The position numbers and the translations under genes were made by a program. The notes under the pieces were generated by a model, which saw only the letters and a program-made list of their open reading frames with translations, ran no database searches and was not told where the DNA came from. Positions 10,254-19,669 of a stretch of 64,000 nt of DNA are shown in pieces (positions within the stretch are counted from its first letter, which is position 1; each line of letters begins with the position of its first letter). Origin of the DNA: Methanobacteriota archaeon (GTDB lineage Archaea; Thermoplasmatota; Poseidoniia; Poseidoniales; Poseidoniaceae); NCBI GenBank assembly GCA_018650165.1, contig JABIGM010000018.1, positions 2,552 to 66,551 of the forward strand, written 5' to 3'.

Positions 10254-13200
10254 CTGCGGTCCTCCAGTTCTAGACGCATTGCCACTCCGAGACTCTTCAT
10301 CTCATCCAGTAGTAGCTTGAATGCATAAGAAGTCTGTACCTTGTAGACTTCTGCTCCATCACCATGAATTGGTGAAACATATGTACGGCGCTTTGGATCA
10401 AACCAAGCAACGTGACCAGATTGTGCGCATACGAACAAGTCGATACCGTCGGACTCGTCCAGCAAACGGTCTTTGATGACCATAGATGCACCATGGGCAA
10501 TCAAACAGTCACGCTCCATTTCACCAAACCTTAGACCGCCTTGTCGGGCACGTCCTTCGGTTGGCTGGCGGGTTAGAATCTGTACACGTCCACGGCTGCG
10601 AGCATGTATCTTTCCAGATACCATGTGGTGTAACTTCTGGTAGTAGATACATCCTACGAAAATATCTGCAGGGTAAGTTTCACCGGTCTCTCCGTTAATC
10701 ATTGGTTCACGGCCAGTATGGTCGTATCCATTTCGAACTAGACTGTCACGTAGACTGCCTTCTTTTTCTCCACGGAATGCTGTACCATCGATTCTTCGCC
10801 CTTCGAGAGAACCGACCTTACCACCAATCATCTCAAGAACGTGAGCTACTGTCATTCGAGACGGAATAGCGTGCGGGTTGATGATTAGGTCTGGAACGAT
10901 TCCATCACGAGTAAATGGTAAGTCTTCAGCATCGACTAGACGACCGATAACTCCCTTTTGTCCGTGGCGTGAAGCGAACTTGTCTCCAACTTCAGGTACC
11001 TTGTGTGAACGGACCATTGTTCGAACAAGACGTCCAGAATCTAGAGATTCTGTTACGAATACGTTCTCGACCCATCCCTTCTCACCATGACGAATAGGCA
11101 TAGATGATTCACGGCGTTCTTGTGCTTGTAGGAATGCTCCTGCACCTGTCTCTTCTAAGAATCGAGGAGGGCTTGTCTTTCCAACAAGTACATCTCCTCC
11201 TTCAAGATACTTTTCTGGGCGTGGCAATCCATCGCCTTCGAGGTGATCATAAGCACCTACAGGCTTCAGACCTTTGACTTCTTCAAGGCCTGTTCCTGGG
11301 ATTTCAATCTCTTCGACCTGTCCACCTGGGAAACGTCGACGTTCAGCATTGTATGTACGGTTGAACGTGGAACGTCCAAGTGCACGCTGAATACTAGAAC
11401 GGTTCATGATTACAGCGTCTTGCATGTTGTAGCCATGCAAACTCATAACTGCAACGATGAAGTTCTGTCCACCTGGGCGGCTATCGAACTTCGTAGTGTC
11501 CATTGCTTGGGTATGAGTAATGGAGCGCTGCGGATAATGCAGGATATGCAGTCTTGTATCTGGGCGCAGACGGTAGTTTGCGCTTGGTAGACCCAAGGAT
11601 TGCTTGACCATTGCTGTTCCACCTGTAACACGGGGTGTAGAGTTGTGTTCGGGGTAAGGAATTAGTGAAGCACATACACCTAGAACCAATTGAGGATCTA
11701 TCTCACAATGTGTGTGCTCTGGGGTGTAAAGCAAGTCTACATCGAATACTGCGGTTGCTTTCGTACCATTTGGCATGGTAATGTTAGCCTGTAGTTTTGC
11801 AGATGTTGCTGCAGGCTCGCCAAGGTTCAACCAAGTAACTGCGGAATGGCTCAATGGCCTTCCTGCGAATTCGTTACCTTCTGGTACAACTTCTGGTAGA
11901 ACATATGGACGAGGTGAGATATAGAGGTCTTCTTCTTCCTCTGCATCTATCCACTCAACTACACCTTCATTGACTAAATCATTGAAAGTAAGTTCTCCGG
12001 ATGAAACCATCTCAAGATGCTTCTGAGTGAGTCTTGGTGCACCATCATATAGAATTAAGACAGGTCGTAGTATTCGTCCCTTATCTGTATTGATGAAGAT
12101 ATCACGGTTTGGTGCATCATATCTGATAGAGACTTCAGGGCGGATTGCACCACGACGGCGCGCATTCTTGAACTGAGTTACAAGATTTTTACCGCGCTTG
12201 TGGATTCCGTAAATGTCACCATTTACGTGAATTCTATCACCATCAGCCCAATCATCGGGTTGGTAAACGTCCATTTCATCCAAGCGTGCTCGGATTTCGG
12301 TTTCTGGTACTGCTTCAGAGACATCGATCATCTGAGCTGCATTCTTTACCAGGCCACAGTTCTGACCTTCCGGGGTCTCGTTAGGACACAAACGTCCCCA
12401 CTGAGTCGGGTGCAGGTCACGTGCTTCGAAGTGAGGTTGGCTTCTAACAAGAGGACTGGTCACTCGGCGCATGTGAGATAGTGCAGATAAGAAAGTAGTT
12501 CGGTCGAGAAGTTGGCTGACACCAGATCTTCCGCCAACCCAGTTTCCAGTTGCTAGAGCATGCATAATTTTGCTTGTTAGAACATCTGGCCTGAGACATG
12601 ATGTGATTTTTAACTCGCGCTTTCGGTTGTGGTGGCGTTCAAGTTGGTACTTCAGATCACGAGCTAGTTGACCCATTGAAACTCGGAACAAGTCTTCAAT
12701 CAAATCTCCTGCAAGACGAACACGCTTGTTTGCATAGTGGTCTTTGTCGTTTGGCTTACGGCTAGTGATAGCCATTTCCAAAACTTGACGAACAATTCTT
12801 CCAAGGAAGATAGCCTTCTTCTTACGATCTTCATATTGGTCACCCAAGTGAGGCAGAAGTTCGCGGTCAAGTAACTGAGTGACACGTGCTTCACGGTATT
12901 CCTTTTGTTGTCCTGCGGCGAATTTCTTTTGTAGCCACTCATGTGCTTCCTCAAGTGAATCAACAGCATATTCTTCATTGTCTTTCAGTTCGTTGATGTT
13001 TGCAACAATGAATTTGAAAGTTTCAGTTGGACCTGCGATAGCTTGGAACAAATCTTGGTCGTTCTCAATTCCTAGTGCTCTCATCAAAAGCACAACTGGG
13101 ATTGCAGTTGTTCCAGCGGTACTAATTTTGACCATTAGCATACCGTCACGGCGCTTTTCTACAGTTAGAGGCTTTCTCATACCATCTTTCTGCGAGAAAA

Positions 13201-13861
13201 TCTTAGCGACCTCTGTCTGCTTTGCATAACGATTGTTGATTTCAACAGTTACACGGTTAGGTGCAAGGTCTTCCATTGAGATTAGAACACGCTCTGTACC
13301 GTTAATGATAAAGTAGCCACCTGGGTCAAGAGGGTCTTCGCCCTTTGTCCTTAGTAGCCCGTCTAACATCTTCCGATCTTCGTCAGAGGTTGTTGCATGA
13401 AGAACACGGTCTCCTGCAATGTGGTTTGAATGTAAGTTACATCTACGGCTGCGAACCATGATTGGCATATTTCCGACCTGCACTCCCTTCTCAGGCTGCC
13501 CAGGTACTCCATTACGGTAGATTGTGAAATCCATACGTACAGGTGACATGTAAGTCAACTTACGTAGACGGCATTCCATTGGTGATGACGGATGGTCACT
13601 TCCATCTGCTTCACGAATCGTCGGTTCACCGAGTTGGATATTCTTCACACGGATGATGATATCTTGGTCGATTACGTCAAGTTTGACTAGACCGCCTTTG
13701 TCATCTTCAACTTCTTCGTCGGTACCTACGCGGATACCACGTACGATTTTCTCCATTCGAGACAGAGAGTTATCTCCAGCAGGAATACAATCATCGTATG
13801 ATGCTAACTGGTGATTAACCAGGCTACGTTCTCTGAAAAAAGATTCAATAATTTCCTTCAT
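10250..13861 (-). CDS. rpoB: RNA polymerase subunit Rpo2 (B, unsplit)
   Basis: GGYFIINGTERV, ETPEGQNCGLVKN, GDKFASRHGQKG, GGLRFGEMERD. Confidence 0.98.
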   Translation of the reverse strand: MKEIIESFFRERSLVNHQLASYDDCIPAGDNSLSRMEKIVRGIRVGTDEEVEDDKGGLVKLDVIDQDIIIRVKNIQLGEPTIREADGSDHPSSPMECRLRKLTYMSPVRMDFTIYRNGVPGQPEKGVQVGNMPIMVRSRRCNLHSNHIAGDRVLHATTSDEDRKMLDGLLRTKGEDPLDPGGYFIINGTERVLISMEDLAPNRVTVEINNRYAKQTEVAKIFSQKDGMRKPLTVEKRRDGMLMVKISTAGTTAIPVVLLMRALGIENDQDLFQAIAGPTETFKFIVANINELKDNEEYAVDSLEEAHEWLQKKFAAGQQKEYREARVTQLLDRELLPHLGDQYEDRKKKAIFLGRIVRQVLEMAITSRKPNDKDHYANKRVRLAGDLIEDLFRVSMGQLARDLKYQLERHHNRKRELKITSCLRPDVLTSKIMHALATGNWVGGRSGVSQLLDRTTFLSALSHMRRVTSPLVRSQPHFEARDLHPTQWGRLCPNETPEGQNCGLVKNAAQMIDVSEAVPETEIRARLDEMDVYQPDDWADGDRIHVNGDIYGIHKRGKNLVTQFKNARRRGAIRPEVSIRYDAPNRDIFINTDKGRILRPVLILYDGAPRLTQKHLEMVSSGELTFNDLVNEGVVEWIDAEEEEDLYISPRPYVLPEVVPEGNEFAGRPLSHSAVTWLNLGEPAATSAKLQANITMPNGTKATAVFDVDLLYTPEHTHCEIDPQLVLGVCASLIPYPEHNSTPRVTGGTAMVKQSLGLPSANYRLRPDTRLHILHYPQRSITHTQAMDTTKFDSRPGGQNFIVAVMSLHGYNMQDAVIMNRSSIQRALGRSTFNRTYNAERRRFPGGQVEEIEIPGTGLEEVKGLKPVGAYDHLEGDGLPRPEKYLEGGDVLVGKTSPPRFLEETGAGAFLQAQERRESSMPIRHGEKGWVENVFVTESLDSGRLVRTMVRSHKVPEVGDKFASRHGQKGVIGRLVDAEDLPFTRDGIVPDLIINPHAIPSRMTVAHVLEMIGGKVGSLEGRRIDGTAFRGEKEGSLRDSLVRNGYDHTGREPMINGETGETYPADIFVGCIYYQKLHHMVSGKIHARSRGRVQILTRQPTEGRARQGGLRFGEMERDCLIAHGASMVIKDRLLDESDGIDLFVCAQSGHVAWFDPKRRTYVSPIHGDGAEVYKVQTSYAFKLLLDEMKSLGVAMRLELEDRR

Positions 13862-13875
13862 GATACCACCTCAGC

Positions 13876-14496
13876 TCAGCTGCCCTCCACTATCAGTCGA
13901 TAAGCAACTGATTTACCAGCAGATGGTGATTTACGAATAACCTTGAGTACACGGTCAGATAGCCATCCTGCGGGAAGAGGGGTAATTTCTTCATCGCCTT
14001 CAGACTCTTTTTCTCGTGCTGACTCAACGGTTTCCTTAATCACTTGGACAACTGGATCGGTAATGAGAATCTTCGGAAGAAGTTCTTTTGCAAGGCGTGG
14101 TTCGCCAGTTTCTTCGTCGGTAGCAAGAAGACCCCATGGGGCAAGGGCTTCTTCTTCATCCTCTACGGGTACAAGTTCCTGGTGAGGAACGAGAATGTGA
14201 TTTAGTGCATTGAATTTTGTTGCAGCCAAATTCATATCATCATCATCAAGAGCTTTCTTTGAGATGGTAATTTTACGACTACGGCGCTTTTGACGGCGGT
14301 TTCCAAGTTCTGCAAGAGCATTCATTGCACCAGTGAAAATTTCGTCATCCTTCGAAACTCCAAGACACGAGGCAATTTCATCCGCCGGCATGGCTTTTAT
14401 GTCCGTCATATTACGGTCAGTAGCCAATTTGTGAGCGTATTCCTCAGCAATTCCCATTTCCATCAAGCGCTTCTTGGTTGCCGACTTAACTACCAA
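13876..14496 (-). CDS. rpoH: RNA polymerase subunit Rpo5 (H) with ~90-aa N-terminal extension
   Basis: HILVPHQEL, LPKILITDPV, KVIRKSPSAGKSVAYRLI; TTG start after a GGGGGA SD; first gene of the rpo operon. Confidence 0.92.
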   Translation of the reverse strand: MVVKSATKKRLMEMGIAEEYAHKLATDRNMTDIKAMPADEIASCLGVSKDDEIFTGAMNALAELGNRRQKRRSRKITISKKALDDDDMNLAATKFNALNHILVPHQELVPVEDEEEALAPWGLLATDEETGEPRLAKELLPKILITDPVVQVIKETVESAREKESEGDEEITPLPAGWLSDRVLKVIRKSPSAGKSVAYRLIVEGS

Positions 14497-14545
14497 ATAA
14501 ATTCCCCCATAAGCCCGCCATACACCGGTCCTGCTTCTTGTCAGG

Positions 14546-14619
14546 CGGGCCTGACGGGGTTCGAACCCGCGACCGTCCGGTTAAAAGCCGGACGCTCTAC
14601 CTGACTAAGCTACAGGCCC
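14546..14619 (-). tRNA. tRNA-Lys (anticodon UUU), no intron, CCA not fully encoded
   Basis: Reverse complement GGGCCTGTAGCTTAGTCAGGTAGAGCGTCCGGCTTTTAACCGGACGGTCGCGGGTTCGAACCCCGTCAGGCCCG folds into a cloverleaf; anticodon stem TCCGG/CCGGA, loop CTTTTAA; GTTCGAA T-loop. Confidence 0.97.
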
Positions 14620-14658
14620 AAATGTATGTCTTGGGCTTTGTGGCCGACCTGCAAGTGG

Positions 14659-14672
14659 TTCTTAAAGCCTCC
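14659..14672 (-). promoter_or_regulatory. Putative TATA box (TTTAAG) for tRNA-Lys and possibly the rpo operon
   Basis: GGAGGCTTTAAGAA on the minus strand ~40 nt upstream of the tRNA 5' end. Confidence 0.5.
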
Positions 14673-14792
14673 GCCATCCATAATTACCATCTAAAGGCAA
14701 GACTCGTAGGGAATGCAAGTCCGACTCTTTACAGTATTGTGGTTAGAGCCAAGAGGCATAAAGGCTTCGGCACAGACGGAGGGGTGGGGCAC

Positions 14793-16145
14793 ATGGCGGA
14801 AAGGGAAGTATTTACTGCCGAAGATGCGGCATTAGAGGTTGGACGCCTTGAGCGAGCCCCCAGTACATCTTTTTGGTCACCGCGTGAGGGCTTCAACTTC
14901 AAATTAATCATACCCCCAACTGTTTATCCACCAAGAGAAGATACTAACCTTTTAGCAAAGAGAATCGTGGCATTAGGCCCAGGACGAGGTAGAACATTTC
15001 TTGAGATTGGAAGCGGTTCTGGCGCACTTTGCGTACTTGCATCTTCTATGGGATGGAAAGTGAGCGGGTGCGACATTAACCCCTTCGCCGTAGCCGCCAC
15101 TAGAGGCAATTTGGAGAACAATGGTTTTACAGGAGAAATTCGCGAAGGAGGGGTTGGCCCAGAACCATTTCCCTTTGAGAAATCATATGATTTGATAATT
15201 TGGAATTTACCATATATTGTGCCACAAGAAATCGAACAGGTTCTAGGGCCGATGGAAGAAGCTGCGCTAATCGATACTGATGACCAGGGGTTGGGTAATA
15301 GGTTTCTATGTAGCATCACCAGTAACCACTTACTCGCCCCGAAGGGTAGAGTTCTTGCATTAGGCAGAGAAAATTCAGTAGTTGATACAAAATATTTAGC
15401 ACACCGCGTTTGGGATGAAATTGAATTTGAAGATGGAGAAAGGTTGGAATTAACATGCTATTGGCGGCCATTCGAAGGAGCCACTAGCACATTCCTGGAA
15501 AGCACGGGTTCTACCAATGAAGATCTCTTTGCTAAAACAGGAATCGGCACCCACATTTCTACGAGTTGGCAAACGGCAGGCAGAGGGAGAAGAGGGCGGA
15601 CTTGGACCTCTATAGAAGGTTCTTATGCGGGGTCATGGATTGTCGCAGAAGGTTCGGAAATTAATCCCGGGCACCTACAATTATCCGGTGGCTTAGCTGT
15701 ACTAAAATCTCTAAATAAAAGTGAATTAAGATTGAAATGGCCAAATGACATATTAATCGGTAAAAGAAAGGTTTGTGGTGTTTTAGCAGAAGGGAGAACT
15801 TTCGAAGATGGAACACGAGTAGTGCTTGGTTTTGGAATTAATCTCAAATCAGGGGAACATAACGTTGATGTAGAAATTGCAACACTTGAGGAAATAATTA
15901 ATATCGAGCATAATGAATTTGATGGAAGGTTAAATTGTGAACTCGCATCCTTACTCGAATCTTTAGATGACATCCCCCCAATACGGTATTCGGAAATACG
16001 AAGTGAAGTATTGAAAGAGATGCGCCGTATGGGCAAACCAATGTTCAAGGGTGAAATTTATGATGATTTCAATTTGAATAATTCTGGTGAATTAATTCTT
16101 GGAACTAATATTGTGGATGATGGTGAAGAGATTTCTTGGAACTAA
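14793..16145 (+). CDS. Fusion of HemK/PrmC-like SAM methyltransferase and biotin-protein ligase (BirA catalytic domain)
   Basis: VYPPREDT, LEIGSGSG, DINP, WNLPY (MTase); STNED, QTAGRGRRGRTW, LKWPNDI, KVCGVL, GFGINL (BPL); start moved to ATG 14793 because the longer ORF overlaps the tRNA. Confidence 0.85.
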   Translation: MAEREVFTAEDAALEVGRLERAPSTSFWSPREGFNFKLIIPPTVYPPREDTNLLAKRIVALGPGRGRTFLEIGSGSGALCVLASSMGWKVSGCDINPFAVAATRGNLENNGFTGEIREGGVGPEPFPFEKSYDLIIWNLPYIVPQEIEQVLGPMEEAALIDTDDQGLGNRFLCSITSNHLLAPKGRVLALGRENSVVDTKYLAHRVWDEIEFEDGERLELTCYWRPFEGATSTFLESTGSTNEDLFAKTGIGTHISTSWQTAGRGRRGRTWTSIEGSYAGSWIVAEGSEINPGHLQLSGGLAVLKSLNKSELRLKWPNDILIGKRKVCGVLAEGRTFEDGTRVVLGFGINLKSGEHNVDVEIATLEEIINIEHNEFDGRLNCELASLLESLDDIPPIRYSEIRSEVLKEMRRMGKPMFKGEIYDDFNLNNSGELILGTNIVDDGEEISWN

Positions 16146-16609
16146 TCTTCCAACACCGCTTCAATCGGATCATCTTTCGCAAGTGCGACTTTCTTCCAAA
16201 TTCCAAATGCAAGGATTGCAGTCCCGATTACATATGGCAGCAAATCAAAAATAATGCCACGGGTCACTGAATATTCGATTGATGAATCTTCATTTCCTAA
16301 TATGATAAATGAATGCACGCCTGACTCTTGTGCGGTAAATTCCCAGTTCGAGTCAACATCGCTGTACTGTTCTAACTCCCCCGAAGGCAGCACGACTGTA
16401 GGCCTAACTTGGCCATCTAATACTTCAAGCGAAAAGGTGTCCCCTTCAGATAAATCATACTTGATGACGAATTCGTTATCATCCCCTTCGTTGATTGTTG
16501 TTGGAACTGACCAAGTTTGTATAATGAACATCACTAATATTATCGAAGCCCCAACGAGAATCATGACATCCTGGCCCCTGACAGGTGGTGCCTCTCCGCT
16601 TGCGCCCAT
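16142..16609 (-). CDS. Membrane protein with two TM helices flanking a beta-rich extracellular domain
   Basis: Hydrophobic N- and C-terminal segments; ATG 16609 has TTGAAG 30 nt upstream. Confidence 0.65.
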   Translation of the reverse strand: MGASGEAPPVRGQDVMILVGASIILVMFIIQTWSVPTTINEGDDNEFVIKYDLSEGDTFSLEVLDGQVRPTVVLPSGELEQYSDVDSNWEFTAQESGVHSFIILGNEDSSIEYSVTRGIIFDLLPYVIGTAILAFGIWKKVALAKDDPIEAVLED

Positions 16610-16635
16610 ATGGTGATGGAGTTGACTAAGGCACT

Positions 16636-16920
16636 TCAACGCTTTCTTGGCCTTCTAGTGAAACCCATGCGCTCTCTTACCAATCTAATCTTGCCACTTG
16701 CGGTCTGGCTGATTACTCTACCGCTAGACAATGATTCCTTTACAGAATCATAATTTGTTAGTCCTACAACAATAATGCATTTGTCATTTTCGAAGTCATA
16801 TATTTTGACTGGTAATTCGGAAAGATGCTTCTCAAGTTCGCTCCTTGAGTTAAAATCTTGACAAATACAACCAATCCACCGACGCTTACCTCGTAACGCC
16901 TTGGTCAATTTCTTCGCCAT
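16636..16920 (-). CDS. rnp2: Ribonuclease P protein component Pop5/Rpp14 (divergent)
   Basis: LRGKRRWI N-terminal motif and TASGKIRLVR C-terminal motif match the Pop5 'R.K.RYI...SGTI++' pattern. Confidence 0.65.
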   Translation of the reverse strand: MAKKLTKALRGKRRWIGCICQDFNSRSELEKHLSELPVKIYDFENDKCIIVVGLTNYDSVKESLSSGRVISQTASGKIRLVRERMGFTRRPRKR

Positions 16921-16982
16921 ATTGCTCCCTGAGAGCATTGTCTTAACATAATGCCGTTGCTCGCGTTACGAAGGCGAGTGAA

Positions 16983-18269
16983 ATGTCCGATGAATCCGAA
17001 CCCCGATTTTCGCAAGCCGGAATTTTACAACTAATCAAAAATATGCTCTCACCACGTACTATTCCTCACATCATAATGATCGCACTGATTTCTATAACAT
17101 TGCTATTCTTAGTCAAATCACAGGAAGTATTTGTCGCAATGATGTTTATTTCATTGGCTATTTCTTATTCACTCATTGCAATTTTTGCAAATAAAGAAAT
17201 GGTCCAGAGCCTGACTATACTTCCAAAAGAGAGCGGGGATGCTGCCCTTATAGTTCGGTTTTTATTTAGTTTTCGAATAACAATTGTCCCATTGCTTCTT
17301 GCAACTGTGATAACAGGGTTGATGTGGACTATGCTTGGTGGACAGAGTAATACCTGGGTTGCTCCAATTTTAGCTTCATTATTCATTGTCTGGTCCATAG
17401 CACAAGCCGCATCATTTAGGACTGGAATGGTCGAGTGGTTAGCAAATGGTTTAGGTGATGCTAAACTTCACAGTTATCGCGAAAAACTTTCCACAGCCTC
17501 ACAAATTATTCTTGTCCAGAGTTTTGCATTTCTAATTATTTGGATTGGTCAAATGATTACTGAAGTAGAACAAATGTCATTTGGAGAAGCCCTATTGGGG
17601 GGATTGCTATTTTTAGCAATTAGTGCCTCTCTACAAGCCTTTACAATATGGTTAACCCGAGATGAAAGACAATCCGCTGGAAATGAAAAGGGGTTGGCTG
17701 GCTTTTCTTTCAAATGGATGACTGTTGCGCAACTATTCATCACATGGCACGCATTTAGCATCTATCGAAGGGCCATGATGGAACCATCTGAAACATCAAC
17801 ATTGGTTGAAGAAGGCATACTCATGGCGTTTACTGTAATTTTTGCTGTTTGGTCACTCACGACTTACACGGTAAGAGATGGTAAGAGACTGATATCTGAA
17901 AATTCGGCACTACCGCTAGGGATCTCATTTGGTTATGCCTATGCAGGTTCTGTAGCAATGCTCGTTGGAACATTTGAAAGTTTACGAGAAGTGATGATTT
18001 TTGGCCACGTGATATCAATTTGTGCAATGATGCTGCTGCTGCGTCCGACATTACGCACCAGTCGAATCTCAACCGACATACTCGACTATGCCAAAACTGT
18101 TGAAATCACTTCAAAAGAAAAGGTGGAGGATAGTGAAGATGAAGACAGTGATAAATCAGTGGAATCCAAAGAAACTTGGCAGGATGACAAGGATTTAGAT
18201 TGGGAAAAGGGCTCCGAAATCTCAGAGGATGTCGAATGGGGTTCTGATGATAAATCAGATGAGGCTTAA
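16983..18269 (+). CDS. Polytopic membrane protein with acidic C-terminal tail
   Basis: About 10 hydrophobic helices; D/E-rich tail. Confidence 0.75.
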   Translation: MSDESEPRFSQAGILQLIKNMLSPRTIPHIIMIALISITLLFLVKSQEVFVAMMFISLAISYSLIAIFANKEMVQSLTILPKESGDAALIVRFLFSFRITIVPLLLATVITGLMWTMLGGQSNTWVAPILASLFIVWSIAQAASFRTGMVEWLANGLGDAKLHSYREKLSTASQIILVQSFAFLIIWIGQMITEVEQMSFGEALLGGLLFLAISASLQAFTIWLTRDERQSAGNEKGLAGFSFKWMTVAQLFITWHAFSIYRRAMMEPSETSTLVEEGILMAFTVIFAVWSLTTYTVRDGKRLISENSALPLGISFGYAYAGSVAMLVGTFESLREVMIFGHVISICAMMLLLRPTLRTSRISTDILDYAKTVEITSKEKVEDSEDEDSDKSVESKETWQDDKDLDWEKGSEISEDVEWGSDDKSDEA

Positions 18270-19184
18270 TCCTGAAGTTTCATCTAGTCCAGAAACTACT
18301 GCGACCACACGTATCCTGCCTTGTAAGTCATCGCTTACTCGAGCACCTAGAATAACTTGGGCGTCCTCATCAAAGCGTGCAGTAAAAGCATCTGCAATTA
18401 GGCCAACTTGGCCTACGGTCATCCCAGGACCTCCTTCGATTTGTAGCAAACAAGCCTTTGCACCTTCCAACGAAAGGTTAGCGAGAGGAGCTCCCAATGC
18501 ATCTTCCAATAACGAGTTTGCATCATCTGGGTTTCCTTGCCCAACCATCAAAGTCGAGCCCCCCGCATGACCAACTATCGTCTTGAGATCCATCATGTCA
18601 AGGTTGATCAAGCCAAGTCGCATCAAAGTTCGAACGAGACCATCTACGAATTCCTCGACCCATGAAGCACCCAATCTCCAATCTATCCCGCGCTCTCGGG
18701 CTTGCCATGCCAAACGGTCAAGTTCTAAGCGTACACAGACATCTGAATTTGCCTCAAGTTTTGGTAAGCCTTCACGGCTAACTTTGACTCGTGTTTCTTG
18801 TGCTTCAAATGGAATTGCTGCGATGGATATCACAATCGCTCCAGACAACCTCGCCTGTCTGGCAAACTCCGGGCCAGCACCTGTACCGGTCCCGCCACCT
18901 AAGCCTGTAAGTAAAATCACCATTTCCACACCCTCCAAAAGGGTACGTGTCACGCCAGCAGCTTGACGCATTCGCTGTTCACCGAGTGGTGGTAATGCCG
19001 CACAACCGGCTGAGTCGAGATCCTTTCCCAAACGGATAACATGAGCATTGGGGGAGTCAAACGAATTTTCATCTGCGTCGATGAGAACTAAATCGATATC
19101 ATGACCGGTCTTTGAGTGGGCCCGTTGAGCCCATGCACAACCCAAACCACCGATGCCGGCGATGAGAATCTGTGCTCCATCCAT
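18255..19184 (-). CDS. ftsZ: FtsZ/tubulin family GTPase (divergent FtsZ paralogue)
   Basis: GIGGLG, GLGGGTGTG tubulin signature, PFEAQ, LINLDMMD T7 loop, VVAVVSGL end. Confidence 0.8.
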   Translation of the reverse strand: MDGAQILIAGIGGLGCAWAQRAHSKTGHDIDLVLIDADENSFDSPNAHVIRLGKDLDSAGCAALPPLGEQRMRQAAGVTRTLLEGVEMVILLTGLGGGTGTGAGPEFARQARLSGAIVISIAAIPFEAQETRVKVSREGLPKLEANSDVCVRLELDRLAWQARERGIDWRLGASWVEEFVDGLVRTLMRLGLINLDMMDLKTIVGHAGGSTLMVGQGNPDDANSLLEDALGAPLANLSLEGAKACLLQIEGGPGMTVGQVGLIADAFTARFDEDAQVILGARVSDDLQGRIRVVAVVSGLDETSGLSLI

Positions 19185-19209
19185 ACAAGGTCCTTACATT
19201 GGAGGTTAT

Positions 19210-19515
19210 TCAATCTCTGCCCACATATCGTAGGTAACGTCGACGAGCATCTCGTGCCCAAGAGTTGTCAGGTTCGAGTTGCAACACTTTGTTATACAGT
19301 TCAACAGCCTTTTCGAAATCGGAAAAATGTCGACCGTATAGGTGCGCTAAATTGTTCAAAACCGGGATGCAGTCTTCTTCTTCATCCAGCATAGCTAGAA
19401 GCATATCTTCGGCCCGTCCAAGATTATTTCTCAGCATTTCTGCTTCAGCCTCATCTAATTTCTCCAATTGTTCATTCGAGAGGTCATATGTATTCTCGAA
19501 TGGGTGGTCTGACAT
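19210..19515 (-). CDS. Tetratricopeptide repeat protein
   Basis: LNNLAHLY...FEKAVELYNKVLQLEPDNSWA TPR pattern; GAGGA SD before ATG 19515. Confidence 0.85.
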   Translation of the reverse strand: MSDHPFENTYDLSNEQLEKLDEAEAEMLRNNLGRAEDMLLAMLDEEEDCIPVLNNLAHLYGRHFSDFEKAVELYNKVLQLEPDNSWARDARRRYLRYVGRD

Positions 19516-19669
19516 GTACAGTCCTCGGTGCGTTTTCACATATGTTTTGTCATTATATGATTAGTACAAAAAAACTGCCGAATTGTAACACTGCAAGACC
19601 CCCTATCGTAGATAGGGCACGAACGATTATAGGCGCAATGCAAGTCGCCCAAATCAGTTGGGATAGGCT

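Noticed and set aside
14546-14619. tRNA as an integration site for a mobile element
   Set aside because: No integrase and no duplicated tRNA end noticed; flanks are housekeeping genes
14538-14792. N-terminal 85 aa of the 535-aa ORF
   Set aside because: Antisense to tRNA-Lys and its promoter; ATG 14793 with an SD fits better
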